Shown here: positions 46,485-55,439 of the stretch, one piece after another | Layout of the letters: the number at the start of each line of letters is the position of its first letter | How positions within the stretch are numbered: the first letter of the stretch is position 1 | Source of the DNA: an uncultured Gemmatimonas sp. | GTDB taxonomy: Bacteria; Gemmatimonadota; Gemmatimonadetes; Gemmatimonadales; Gemmatimonadaceae | NCBI GenBank assembly: GCA_964650715.1 | Contig: CAZYUL010000001.1 | Coordinates: forward strand, 37,938-101,937 | Direction of reading: 5' to 3' | Length of the DNA: 64,000 bases | The notes under the pieces: model-generated | What the model was told of the DNA's origin: nothing | Database searches by the model: none | What the model saw: only the letters and a program-made list of their open reading frames with translations | Program-made: the position numbers and the translations under genes

Positions 46485-48124
46485 CGCGCCGACACGTCGG
46501 CGATGATGTCCACGTCCTTCGTCTCGCGGACGAAGAGGAGTCCCACCACGAACGTCATCACCGCGATCGCCACCGGATACCAGAGTCCCGCATAGATGTC
46601 CCCCGTCGCCGCCACGATGGCGAACGCGGTCGTCGGCAGGAAGCCACCGAACCAGCCGTTGCCGATGTGGTATGGGAGCGACATGGAGGTATACCGGATG
46701 CGGGTCGGGAAGAGTTCCACCAGCATCGCCGCGATCGGACCGTACACTAGTGTCACGTAGATCACGAGGATCCAGAGCACGAGGACGACCATCGGCTTGT
46801 TGACGCGCTCCGGATCGGCGCGGAGCGGGTACCCGGCGGCATCGAGGGCGGCGCGCAACTCCGCATCGAAGACGGCGCGCCGCGCGGCGGCATCCGCCGC
46901 ACTCGCGTCGAAGGAGGCGATCCGCGTGGCGCCCACCGAGATGGTGGCCTCGCCCGTGCCGGGTTCATTCGCATACGGCACGCCGCGCGCGACGAGCGCC
47001 GTCTTGGCGACGTCGCAGGACGACGTGAACTTGCTGGTGCCCACCGGATTGAACTGCACCGAGCAGGTCGCGGGATCCGCGGTCACCCGCACGGGGGACG
47101 ACGCCTGCGCCGCCGCGAGCGCCGGATTGGCGAGGTGAGTGAGCGCGCGGAAGAGGGGGAAGTAGGTGAGTGCCGCGAGCGCGCAGCCAGTGAGGATGAT
47201 CGGCTTGCGGCCGATGCGGTCGGAGAGCGCGCCGAAGACGACGAAGAACGGGGTCCCGAGCAGAAGCGACGTCGCCACGAGGATGTTCGCCGTCCCGGCC
47301 TCCACCTTGAGCGTCTGGGTCAGGAAGAAGAGCGTGTAGAACTGCCCGGTGTACCAGACCACCGCCTGGCCGGCGGTGAGTCCGAAGAGCGCGAGCAGCA
47401 CGATCCGCAGGTTCCCCCACTGCGCGAAGGACTCGCGCAACGGCGCCTTCGACCGTTTCCCCTCGGCCTTCATCGCCTTGAACACGGGCGACTCGTCGAG
47501 CGCGAGGCGGATCCAGACCGATATCCCGAGCAGCACGAGCGAGAGGAGGAATGGGATGCGCCAACCCCAGGCCTCGAACGCCTCGGTGCCGAGCATGACG
47601 CGGCACCCGAGGATCACGAGCAGTGACAGGAAGAGGCCGAGGGTCGCGGTCGTCTGGATCCACGAGGTGTACGCGCCGCGGGCGCCGTGCGGCGCGTGTT
47701 CGGCGACGTAGGTGGCCGCCCCGCCGTACTCGCCGCCGAGCGCGAGCCCCTGGAGGAGCCGCAGCGCGACGAGGATCACCGGCGCCGCGATTCCGATCGT
47801 GGCGTACGCGGGGAGGATGCCGACGATGAAGGTCGAGACCCCCATGATCACGATCGTGATCAGGAAGGTGTGCTTGCGACCGACGAGGTCACCGAGCCGG
47901 CCGAAGACGAGGGCCCCGAAGGGGCGCACCGCGAAGCCCGCGGCGAACGCCAGCAGCGCGAAGATGAACGCCGCCGTGGGATTCACGCCGGAGAAGAACT
48001 GGCGGCTGATGATCGCCGCGAGCGACCCGTAGAGGTAGAAGTCGTACCACTCGAAGACGGTGCCGAGGGACGACGCGAGGATCACGCGACGGACGTCGCG
48101 GGTGGTGTCGGGGAGGAGCGGCAT
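46481..48124 (-). CDS. MFS transporter, metabolite:H+ symporter family
   Basis: GTVFEWYDF, GRLGDLVGRK, QGLALGGEYGG, ELFPTRIRYT. Confidence 0.93.
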   Translation of the reverse strand: MPLLPDTTRDVRRVILASSLGTVFEWYDFYLYGSLAAIISRQFFSGVNPTAAFIFALLAFAAGFAVRPFGALVFGRLGDLVGRKHTFLITIVIMGVSTFIVGILPAYATIGIAAPVILVALRLLQGLALGGEYGGAATYVAEHAPHGARGAYTSWIQTTATLGLFLSLLVILGCRVMLGTEAFEAWGWRIPFLLSLVLLGISVWIRLALDESPVFKAMKAEGKRSKAPLRESFAQWGNLRIVLLALFGLTAGQAVVWYTGQFYTLFFLTQTLKVEAGTANILVATSLLLGTPFFVVFGALSDRIGRKPIILTGCALAALTYFPLFRALTHLANPALAAAQASSPVRVTADPATCSVQFNPVGTSKFTSSCDVAKTALVARGVPYANEPGTGEATISVGATRIASFDASAADAAARRAVFDAELRAALDAAGYPLRADPERVNKPMVVLVLWILVIYVTLVYGPIAAMLVELFPTRIRYTSMSLPYHIGNGWFGGFLPTTAFAIVAATGDIYAGLWYPVAIAVMTFVVGLLFVRETKDVDIIADVSAR

Positions 48125-48164
48125 GGCGCGGGAATATGCGCGGCGCCGCTCCCCTCCGCCTCCC

Positions 48165-50699
48165 CTATGGATTGAACCAGTACGAGAGCTTCACGAGGAA
48201 CGTGTTGTCCGGACGCGTCCCGAAGAGGTCCACGAGGTCGCCCTTCACGTCGAAGGCGCCCGGCGTGCCGAGTCCGGTGCGTCCCTGCTGCCAGACGACG
48301 AAGAGCGTCGAGCCCGGCCGGTACTCCCAGCGGAACACGAGATTCGAGTTGAACTGCCAATCGTTGAAGCCGGTGGGCGTGCCACCGTCGGTCCACGGCG
48401 CGAAGCGGTCCTCGTAGGCACTCGCGCGCGGATCCACCATCTCCCGCGGGTCGGTGTAGGCACCGGTCGCGATGAACGGCTGCGCGTACACCTGCAGGCT
48501 GACGTCCGGAGTGAGCGTCACGTTCGCGCGGGTCGTGAACCCGGCGGTCCGCTGGCGCAGCCGCGCGAAGGTGAAGTGGGCGGTGTCGGTGAGCGTGGAG
48601 CCGAAGGTCCGCACCCACTGGTTGTCGTTGACCCCCTTCTCGAGGAAGCCCTCAACCTCCACGGAGGTGCGCGTCCCGACGCGGCCGTTGAGTCCCGCCG
48701 CGATCCGCCGCGACCAGGAGCGGCCCTCGTCGCCGGTGGCGACCTCGAAGTCGAACTCGGGCTGGAGCGCGCGGCGCGCGTCCCCGTCGAGCGTGAGGCT
48801 GAGCCGAGTCCGCGGCGACTGCCGCAGTGCCGGTCCGCCGCGCGCGCACGACACGCAGTGCGTCGCGCCGAGCTGCGACCCGTTGAGCGTGAACGAACCC
48901 GTCCAGAAGCTCGAGAGCTCCGCCGACCCGTGCGCCTGGAGCGTGAGGCCGACCGGGAGGCCGCCCGTGGTCCAGTGGCTCTCCTGGCTCAGCACGCCGT
49001 TGAGCCGCCGATACCAGGTGCCTGGGCGCGTCGTCACGAACACGACCTGGTTCCGGAACATCGCATCGTTCACGAGCGTGACGAACCCGAGGTCGTTCAG
49101 CTCGGTGCCCGGCTCGGCGTAGCGCGTCACCGTCTCCCAGCGCACGCTCCCCGCGAACCGCCGGAGCGAGAGCGAGGTCACGCCACCCGAGAGCTCGGTG
49201 AGCGCCGGATCGTATGCGCGCTCGTGGTCCGGCCGCTGATGATAGTGCACGCTCGAGCGCTGCGTCGCCGCGATCGCCTCCGCGGATCCGCGCGCGGTGG
49301 AGCGCCCCGCGTAGCCGGAGAGCTCCCAGCGGTCCGCGAACCGGTGATACCCCTGGAGCAGCACGGTGTAGGCGTCGCGCCGCAGCGCATCCTCGGTGTC
49401 GGCGTCGAGGTCGCGGATGAGGCCGGTCACCATCGACCCGAGCTGCGAGCGCCCCCCGCGGAAGTCCTGCACCAGCCGCGCCACGAGGGTCGTGGTCGCC
49501 GGCTCGATCGTCTGGCCGCCCACCCCCCGCTCGATCGCCGAACGGGCGGCGACGAACCCGACCTGTGTGCCTCCCTCGAAGCGTCCGGTCACCTTGGCCG
49601 CGGCCTGGATAGTGCTGAAGCGCGGGTCCCGCGGGTCGGCCCGCAGCTGCGGTGCGCGGCCCACACGGCGCGTATAGAAGATCCCCTCGCAGGGACCGTT
49701 GCAGCGGAAGAGGTTGATCCCCTCCTGGAAGAACGGCCGGCGCTCGTCGAACCGCACCTCGAAGGCGCTGAGGTTCAGCACGGCGGGATCGGCCTCGACC
49801 TGCCCGAAGTCGGGATTGAAGGTCGCGTCGACCGTGATGTTGCTCGTCAACCCGGCCTTGAGGTCCAATCCGACCGTCGTCTGCTGAGGGTGTGAGTAGA
49901 ACGGCACGCCACCGGCCGCCGGCGGCGGTGGCCTGATGCTGTCGAGCGAGCTCACGTTCTTCGTGACGGCGTAGGGCATGATCTCGAGCCGCCGGTTACG
50001 ACCGATACCCTCGATGCCATGCAGTTCGCCGAGCTGCGATGCGAAGGTTTGGCGTGACGGACGATACGCCGGCCAGGCGTCGCGCTCCCCGTAGCGGGCG
50101 ACGTCGCGCCAGATCCCGAACCCGAAGACCTGCCGGTCCTTCGGCGTGAAACGCAGTTGGCTGAACGGGATCGCGTACTCGGCGGACCACCCCTCGCGAT
50201 CCACCTGCACCGCGACGTCCCAGACGCCGTCCCAGGCGTTGTCCTCCTGCACGTCGTTGTAGACGGTGGCGTCGCGCTTCACTCCCGCCGGATTGACCAT
50301 GAACTGCAGCGCGGTGCGCCGGTCGTGGAATCCGTCGATGACGACCTTCAGCCACTCCGACGGCGTCCGCACGTCGCGACGACTGAGCAGCGCGACGAGC
50401 GAATCGGGGCGCGGGTCGTGCGCGCGGATGAGGACGTAGAGCGTGCGGTCGTCGTAGGCGACCCGGAACTCGGTCCGGAAGCGCGCCGGACCGGCCTCGG
50501 CCGGCTGGAACTGGAAGAACTCGTCGGAGGCCGGTGCGCTGCGCCAGACCGCCTCGTCAGCTCGCCCGTCGAGGCGGATCGGCTCGGTCGTCCGCACGGC
50601 GCGCGCGACCGATCCAGGGGCGGCGGCCGCGGTCTGCGCGGCGGGGGCGATCGGGAGCGCGAGGAGCGCGCCGGCGATGATCAGGCGGTGGGTGGGCAC
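48165..50699 (-). CDS. CBM9-like plus DUF5916 outer-membrane protein
   Basis: LDGRADEAVW, NPAGVKRD, EYAIPFSQLRF, NPDFGQVEADP, ERRPFF, KLSYW C-terminus. Confidence 0.85.
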   Translation of the reverse strand: MPTHRLIIAGALLALPIAPAAQTAAAAPGSVARAVRTTEPIRLDGRADEAVWRSAPASDEFFQFQPAEAGPARFRTEFRVAYDDRTLYVLIRAHDPRPDSLVALLSRRDVRTPSEWLKVVIDGFHDRRTALQFMVNPAGVKRDATVYNDVQEDNAWDGVWDVAVQVDREGWSAEYAIPFSQLRFTPKDRQVFGFGIWRDVARYGERDAWPAYRPSRQTFASQLGELHGIEGIGRNRRLEIMPYAVTKNVSSLDSIRPPPPAAGGVPFYSHPQQTTVGLDLKAGLTSNITVDATFNPDFGQVEADPAVLNLSAFEVRFDERRPFFQEGINLFRCNGPCEGIFYTRRVGRAPQLRADPRDPRFSTIQAAAKVTGRFEGGTQVGFVAARSAIERGVGGQTIEPATTTLVARLVQDFRGGRSQLGSMVTGLIRDLDADTEDALRRDAYTVLLQGYHRFADRWELSGYAGRSTARGSAEAIAATQRSSVHYHQRPDHERAYDPALTELSGGVTSLSLRRFAGSVRWETVTRYAEPGTELNDLGFVTLVNDAMFRNQVVFVTTRPGTWYRRLNGVLSQESHWTTGGLPVGLTLQAHGSAELSSFWTGSFTLNGSQLGATHCVSCARGGPALRQSPRTRLSLTLDGDARRALQPEFDFEVATGDEGRSWSRRIAAGLNGRVGTRTSVEVEGFLEKGVNDNQWVRTFGSTLTDTAHFTFARLRQRTAGFTTRANVTLTPDVSLQVYAQPFIATGAYTDPREMVDPRASAYEDRFAPWTDGGTPTGFNDWQFNSNLVFRWEYRPGSTLFVVWQQGRTGLGTPGAFDVKGDLVDLFGTRPDNTFLVKLSYWFNP

Positions 50700-50717
50700 G
50701 GGTCTGTTACGAGGGGA

Positions 50718-50770
50718 GGTCGCGCATCGCTGGTCGCGCATCGCTGCTCGCGCATCGCTGGTCGCGCATC
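50718..50770 (+). repeat. 14-bp intergenic tandem repeat, about 3.8 copies
   Basis: GGTCGCGCATCGCT x2, GCTCGCGCATCGCT, GGTCGCGCATC. Confidence 0.85.
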
Positions 50771-50801
50771 TCGGGGCGCGCCGCGGCGTCGGCGCGCACC
50801 G

Positions 50802-51926
50802 TCACCAGCCGCGATGGTTGGTCCAGCGGTCCACCACCCTGGTACCGGAGTGGACGACGTACTCCGCGTGCTGGGCCGCGGTGAGGCACGAGTGGTTCAC
50901 GAGGATACGGAGTCGCGTACCCACGGCCAACCGGTCGAGCAGGGCCGGTTCGCGCACGGCGATGGATCCATGTTCCTGCGACACCCCCGTGACCCGGAGC
51001 CCGAGGTCCTCCCCCTCGAGCGAGAGCACTCGGCCGTAACCGGCGTCCGGATCGAGTTCTACCGGCCCGCGATCCTTGCTGAGCGCGATCGCCCCCGCGT
51101 CCACCAATACGCTTCCGCGCGTCGCGTCGCGGCGGATCACCGCCGTGAGCACCGAGAGGACGCAGTCCTCCGGCCGGCAGCTCCCGAGCGCGACCTGGGT
51201 CACGTCGTAGAAGGCGTAGTTGCCGGCCCGGACCTCGTGGATCCCGTCGAGATGCTCGACGTGGGCGACGGTCGGCGTGGACCCGACGCTCAGCACGGGC
51301 ACCGTGATCCCCGAGGCCGTGAGCCGCGCCGCGGCGGCGCGCATCACGTCGCGCTCCTCACTCGCGATCGCGCGGACCGCGGCGACGTCCGGTGCGTGGT
51401 AGGCGTGGCCGGCGTGGGTGAGCAGGCCCGCGAATCGGAGGCTGGTGCGTTCGCCGATCCGATGCGCGAGTTCCGGCAGCAGCGGGCCGTCGGGATCCAC
51501 CCCGGCGCGATGATACCCGCAGTCCACCTTCACATACACGTCGAGCGTCACGCCCGAGCGCCGCGCCGCCTCGGCGAGCGGCCCGGGCACCGCGGGATCG
51601 TCCGTCAGCACGCCGAGCCGGACCCCGTCCCGCGCGATCGCGCAGGCGGCATCGAACTTCCCCCGTTCGATCGGCACCGCGTAGGTGATGTCGTCGAACC
51701 CGTGCGCCGCGAACGCCCGCGCCTCGGCCAGCGTCGAGACGGTGAGCCCGCGGAAGCCTCCCTCCACCTGCAGGCGCGCGACCTCGATGGACTTGTGCGT
51801 CTTCACGTGGGGCCGGAGGCGCGCCCCGAGGGCGCGGACACGCTCGCCGATCCGCGCCGCATTGCGGCGGACGCGGTCGTGGTCGAGCAACAGCGCTGGC
51901 GTCGGCAGCGCCTCGAAGCCGCTCAC
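50802..51926 (-). CDS. fold-type III PLP enzyme, D-serine dehydratase (DSD1)/D-threonine aldolase family
   Basis: LPTPALL, RPHVKTHK, GYHRAG, THAGH, GSTPT, RAGNY, SQEHG, NHSC. Confidence 0.88.
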   Translation of the reverse strand: MSGFEALPTPALLLDHDRVRRNAARIGERVRALGARLRPHVKTHKSIEVARLQVEGGFRGLTVSTLAEARAFAAHGFDDITYAVPIERGKFDAACAIARDGVRLGVLTDDPAVPGPLAEAARRSGVTLDVYVKVDCGYHRAGVDPDGPLLPELAHRIGERTSLRFAGLLTHAGHAYHAPDVAAVRAIASEERDVMRAAAARLTASGITVPVLSVGSTPTVAHVEHLDGIHEVRAGNYAFYDVTQVALGSCRPEDCVLSVLTAVIRRDATRGSVLVDAGAIALSKDRGPVELDPDAGYGRVLSLEGEDLGLRVTGVSQEHGSIAVREPALLDRLAVGTRLRILVNHSCLTAAQHAEYVVHSGTRVVDRWTNHRGW

Positions 51927-52309
51927 GCGCGCACCGCGGCGATCGCCTCGACCTCGACGAGGAAGCCGTGGTGGAGGTCCCGGGTCGGGACGACGGCGCG
52001 TGCCGGACGATGGGCCCCGAGCACGCGGGCGTAGACCGCGTTGATCGCGCCCCAGTGCGCGATGTCCGACACGTAGACGGTCACCTTGAGCAGGTGCGCG
52101 AGATCGCTCCCCGCGGCGAGAAGGATGGCCTCGACGTTGCGCAGCACCTGCTCGGCCTGCTCCTCGACGCTCCCGAGCCGCTTCTCGCCGGTGCGGGGAT
52201 CGATCGGGAGCTGGCCAGCGACGTAGACGACCCCCTGGTGGACGGTCGCCTGTGAGTAATGGCCAGCCGGCGTCGGCGCCTGCGGCGTCGAGATCGTCGT
52301 GATCGGCAT
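51923..52309 (-). CDS. RidA family enamine/imine deaminase
   Basis: GHYSQA, VAGQLP, INAVY, RPARAVV, VEVEAIA. Confidence 0.9.
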   Translation of the reverse strand: MPITTISTPQAPTPAGHYSQATVHQGVVYVAGQLPIDPRTGEKRLGSVEEQAEQVLRNVEAILLAAGSDLAHLLKVTVYVSDIAHWGAINAVYARVLGAHRPARAVVPTRDLHHGFLVEVEAIAAVRA

Positions 52310-52340
52310 CGTGTGGTCCCCGGGGGAGTGGGTGCGACGA

Positions 52341-52856
52341 TCAGCCGTCGCGGTAGGGCGAGGGCCCGTCGTCGTCGCCGAACAGCTCGGCGGCGGACTT
52401 CCGTCGCGGCTTCCCGGCGCTGTGCACCGGCGGCAGCGCGGGCCACTCATCGGGCGGGATCAGGTCCTTCACCATCTCGACGAGTTGATGGCTGAGGTGC
52501 TGGCCGTACTTGAACAGGGCGATGACGCGCTTGCGGTTCCCGAGGAGGAACGCCAGCAGCGGCGTGTCGGCCTTGGCGGCGTTGCAGGTCTTGCAGCAGA
52601 GGACGAGGTTGTCGCGCCGGTCGTAGGCGGTCTGTCCTCGCCGCGGGGTGACGTGATCGAGCGTGATGGTCCGCTCGGACACGCGGCGCTCGCAGTAGGC
52701 GCAGACGGGGCCGAAGCGGTCGAGGAGCCAGCGACGCGTCTCGTTGTACGCCGCCCGCCCAGTCGGGACGGAAGTGAGGCGGACCTGGGATGCGGGCGCC
52801 TTCGCGGGGCCGCGTCGGCGGCGGCCGCGGCCGCCGCGGCGTGAGCGGGAAGCCAA
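52341..52856 (-). CDS. stand-alone HNH endonuclease
   Basis: CAYC...TLDHVTP...DNLVLCCKTCNAAK; Arg-rich N-terminus; TTG start. Confidence 0.85.
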   Translation of the reverse strand: MASRSRRGGRGRRRRGPAKAPASQVRLTSVPTGRAAYNETRRWLLDRFGPVCAYCERRVSERTITLDHVTPRRGQTAYDRRDNLVLCCKTCNAAKADTPLLAFLLGNRKRVIALFKYGQHLSHQLVEMVKDLIPPDEWPALPPVHSAGKPRRKSAAELFGDDDGPSPYRDG

Positions 52857-52984
52857 TTCCGGTTCTCTTCTCTCGTGCTGGTGGGGCGATGCGGGATGGC
52901 GGGAAAGATAGGCGGGTCCCGGCCTCGCGCATCAGCCCGTCGCGCCATCCCGCTCGGCCGCGGCGCCCGGATCCCGGGTGCCCG

Positions 52985-53017
52985 TTACTTGACATTTGAA
53001 GGAATACGGCGCACCCT
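52985..53017 (+). promoter_or_regulatory. sigma70-like promoter with an overlapping imperfect palindrome (candidate MarR operator)
   Basis: TTGACA (52989-52994), 17-nt spacer, CACCCT (53012-53017). TTACTTGACATTTGAAGGAA pairs at 7 of 10 positions and is an AT-rich patch. Confidence 0.55.
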
Positions 53018-55439
53018 ATCCGACGTCCCGCAGCGGAGTGGCTCGCCCACGCGCGTCCTGGTGGTCGGTGGCGGTCCCGGTGGCCTGTATGCCGCGCTGC
53101 TCCTCAAGCGCCGGCATCCCGGCGCCGTCGTCACCCTGCGCGAGCGCAACCGCGCCGACGACACCTTCGGCTGGGGCGTGGTCCTCTCCGACCAGACCGT
53201 CGCGAACCTCCGCGCCGCGGACCCCACGAGTGCCGATGCCATCGCCGGCGCTCTCCATCATTGGGACGACATCGCCGTCCACTTCCGCGGCCGGGTCATC
53301 CGCTCCGGAGGCCACGGATTCAGCGGCATCGGGCGCAAGGCGCTCCTCGCGATCCTCCAGCGCCGGTGCGCCGAGCTCGGCGTCGAGCTGCGATTCCAGC
53401 AGGAGGAGGATCCGTCGCTCGAGTCGCACGTCACGGCCGGCGGCTTCGACGTCGTCATCGCGGCGGACGGCATCAACAGCCGCATCCGCGAGCGATACGC
53501 CGCGTCCTTCCGCCCCGAGGTGGACCTCCGGCGCTGCCGGTACGTGTGGCTCGGCACGCCGCGCCGGTTCGACGCCTTCACCTTCGCCTTCGCCGAGACG
53601 CCGCACGGCTGGTTCCAGGCCCACGCGTACCAGTTCGACGGCGGGATGAGCACCTTCATCGTCGAGGCGCCGCACGAGGTCTGGGAGCGCGCGGGACTCG
53701 ACGCGATGACGTCCGACGAGTCGGTCGCGTTCTGCGAGCGCCTCTTCGCGGACCAGCTCGACGGCGCCCCTCTGAGGAGCAACGCGACCCACCTCCGGGG
53801 CTCGGCACAGTGGATCCGCTTCCCCAGGATCACCTGCGCGCAGTGGGTCCATCGGCTCGACGTCGGGGGCCGGCGCATCCCCGTCATCCTCCTCGGCGAC
53901 GCGGCCCACACCGCGCATTTCTCCATCGGATCCGGGAGCAAGCTGGCGCTGGAGGACGCGATCGCGCTCGACCAGGCGCTCGCGCCGGGACTCGACCCGG
54001 CGGGCGGTGCCGCGCTCGACGCGGCGCTCGACCGCTACCAGCGCGAGCGCGCCGTCGAGGTCCTCAAGCTCCAGAACGCCGCCCGCAACTCCACCGAGTG
54101 GTTCGAGCACGTCGATCGCTACGCGCGACTCGCGCCCGAGCAGCTCGCGTACTCCCTCCTCACGCGGTCGCAGCGGATCTCGCACGAGAACCTCCGCGAG
54201 CGCGACGCGGCGTACGTCGAGGCATTCGAGCGCTGGTTCGCGCAGCAGGCAGGGGCGCCGGCCGCGGCCGGCGAGCCGCCGCCCCCCGCGTTGCTCACGC
54301 CCTACCGGGTCCGCTCCTGCACCCTCGCCAACCGCGTGGTCGTCTCCCCGATGGCGCAGTACACCGCCAACGAGGACGGCACGCCGAGCGACTGGCATCT
54401 CGTCCATCTCGGCGCGCGGGCATCGGGGGGCGCCGGGCTCGTCATGACCGAGATGACCTGCGTCGCCGCCGACGCACGGATCACCCCGTGGTGCCCTGGG
54501 CTCTGGAACGAGCCACAGCGCGCCGCCTGGGCGAGGATCGTGCGCTACGTGCACGCGCATACCCCCGCCCGGATCGGGCTGCAGCTGGGCCACGCCGGCG
54601 CCAAGGGTGCCACCAAGCGGATGTGGGAGGGGATCGACCTCCCCCTCCCCGAAGGGGGCTGGCCCCTCATCGCGCCATCGGAGACGGAGTACCTCTCGGG
54701 GATCTCCCAGCGCGCGCGGGAGATGACGCGGGGGGACATGGACCGCGTGCGCGACGAGTTCGTGCATGCGACGCGCCTCGGCGCCGAGGCCGGGTTCGAC
54801 TGGCTCGAGCTCCACGCAGCGCACGGCTACCTGCTCTCGGCGTTCCTCTCGCCGCTGACGAACCGGCGTACCGACGCATATGGCGGGCCGCTCGACGCGC
54901 GCGCACGGTTCCCCCTCGAGGTGTTCGCAGCGATGCGCGCCGCCTGGCCCGACGACCGCCCGATGTCGGTGCGCATCTCCGCGCACGATTGGGCCGAGGG
55001 GGGCAACACGGCCGATGATGCCGTCGCGATCGCCCGCCTCTTCCGGGAAGCCGGCGCCGACCTCATCGATGTGTCGGCCGGCCAGGTGGTGAAGGAGGAG
55101 CAGCCGGTGTTCGGACGGATGTGGCAGACCCCGTTCGCCGACCGCGTGCGGCAGGAGGCGGGGATCGCGACGATCGCGGTCGGGGCGATCACGGACGCGG
55201 ACCAGGCGAACGGGATCATCGCGTCGGGGCGCGCGGACCTCGTCGCCATCGGCCGGCCGCACCTCGTGAACCCCGCGTGGACGCTCGTCGAGGGCGCACG
55301 GCTCGCCTATCCGCGGATGGAGCGCTTCTGGCCATCGCAGTACCTCGCCGCGAAGGGGCAGCTCGACCGGCTCCTCGAGCGCCAGCGCGCGGAGCGCGCC
55401 GCGGCGGCGCCGCCACCTCCGAGGGGAGAACTCACCTGA
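52989..55439 (+). CDS. bifunctional salicylyl-CoA 5-hydroxylase/anthraniloyl-CoA monooxygenase-reductase (AbmA-like); start uncertain
   Basis: VVGGGPGG, DTFGWGVV, IAADG, GDAAHTAHFSIGSG, then an OYE domain (VVSPMAQY, ELHAAHGYLL). Confidence 0.9.
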   Translation: MTFEGIRRTLSDVPQRSGSPTRVLVVGGGPGGLYAALLLKRRHPGAVVTLRERNRADDTFGWGVVLSDQTVANLRAADPTSADAIAGALHHWDDIAVHFRGRVIRSGGHGFSGIGRKALLAILQRRCAELGVELRFQQEEDPSLESHVTAGGFDVVIAADGINSRIRERYAASFRPEVDLRRCRYVWLGTPRRFDAFTFAFAETPHGWFQAHAYQFDGGMSTFIVEAPHEVWERAGLDAMTSDESVAFCERLFADQLDGAPLRSNATHLRGSAQWIRFPRITCAQWVHRLDVGGRRIPVILLGDAAHTAHFSIGSGSKLALEDAIALDQALAPGLDPAGGAALDAALDRYQRERAVEVLKLQNAARNSTEWFEHVDRYARLAPEQLAYSLLTRSQRISHENLRERDAAYVEAFERWFAQQAGAPAAAGEPPPPALLTPYRVRSCTLANRVVVSPMAQYTANEDGTPSDWHLVHLGARASGGAGLVMTEMTCVAADARITPWCPGLWNEPQRAAWARIVRYVHAHTPARIGLQLGHAGAKGATKRMWEGIDLPLPEGGWPLIAPSETEYLSGISQRAREMTRGDMDRVRDEFVHATRLGAEAGFDWLELHAAHGYLLSAFLSPLTNRRTDAYGGPLDARARFPLEVFAAMRAAWPDDRPMSVRISAHDWAEGGNTADDAVAIARLFREAGADLIDVSAGQVVKEEQPVFGRMWQTPFADRVRQEAGIATIAVGAITDADQANGIIASGRADLVAIGRPHLVNPAWTLVEGARLAYPRMERFWPSQYLAAKGQLDRLLERQRAERAAAAPPPPRGELT

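Noticed and set aside
50718-50770. Possible CRISPR array
   Set aside because: Units are only 14 bp, have no spacers, and no cas genes are nearby.
52341-52856. HNH gene as a mobile element, IscB or Cas9-like effector
   Set aside because: Only 171 aa, with no RuvC motifs, terminal repeats, intron context or array.
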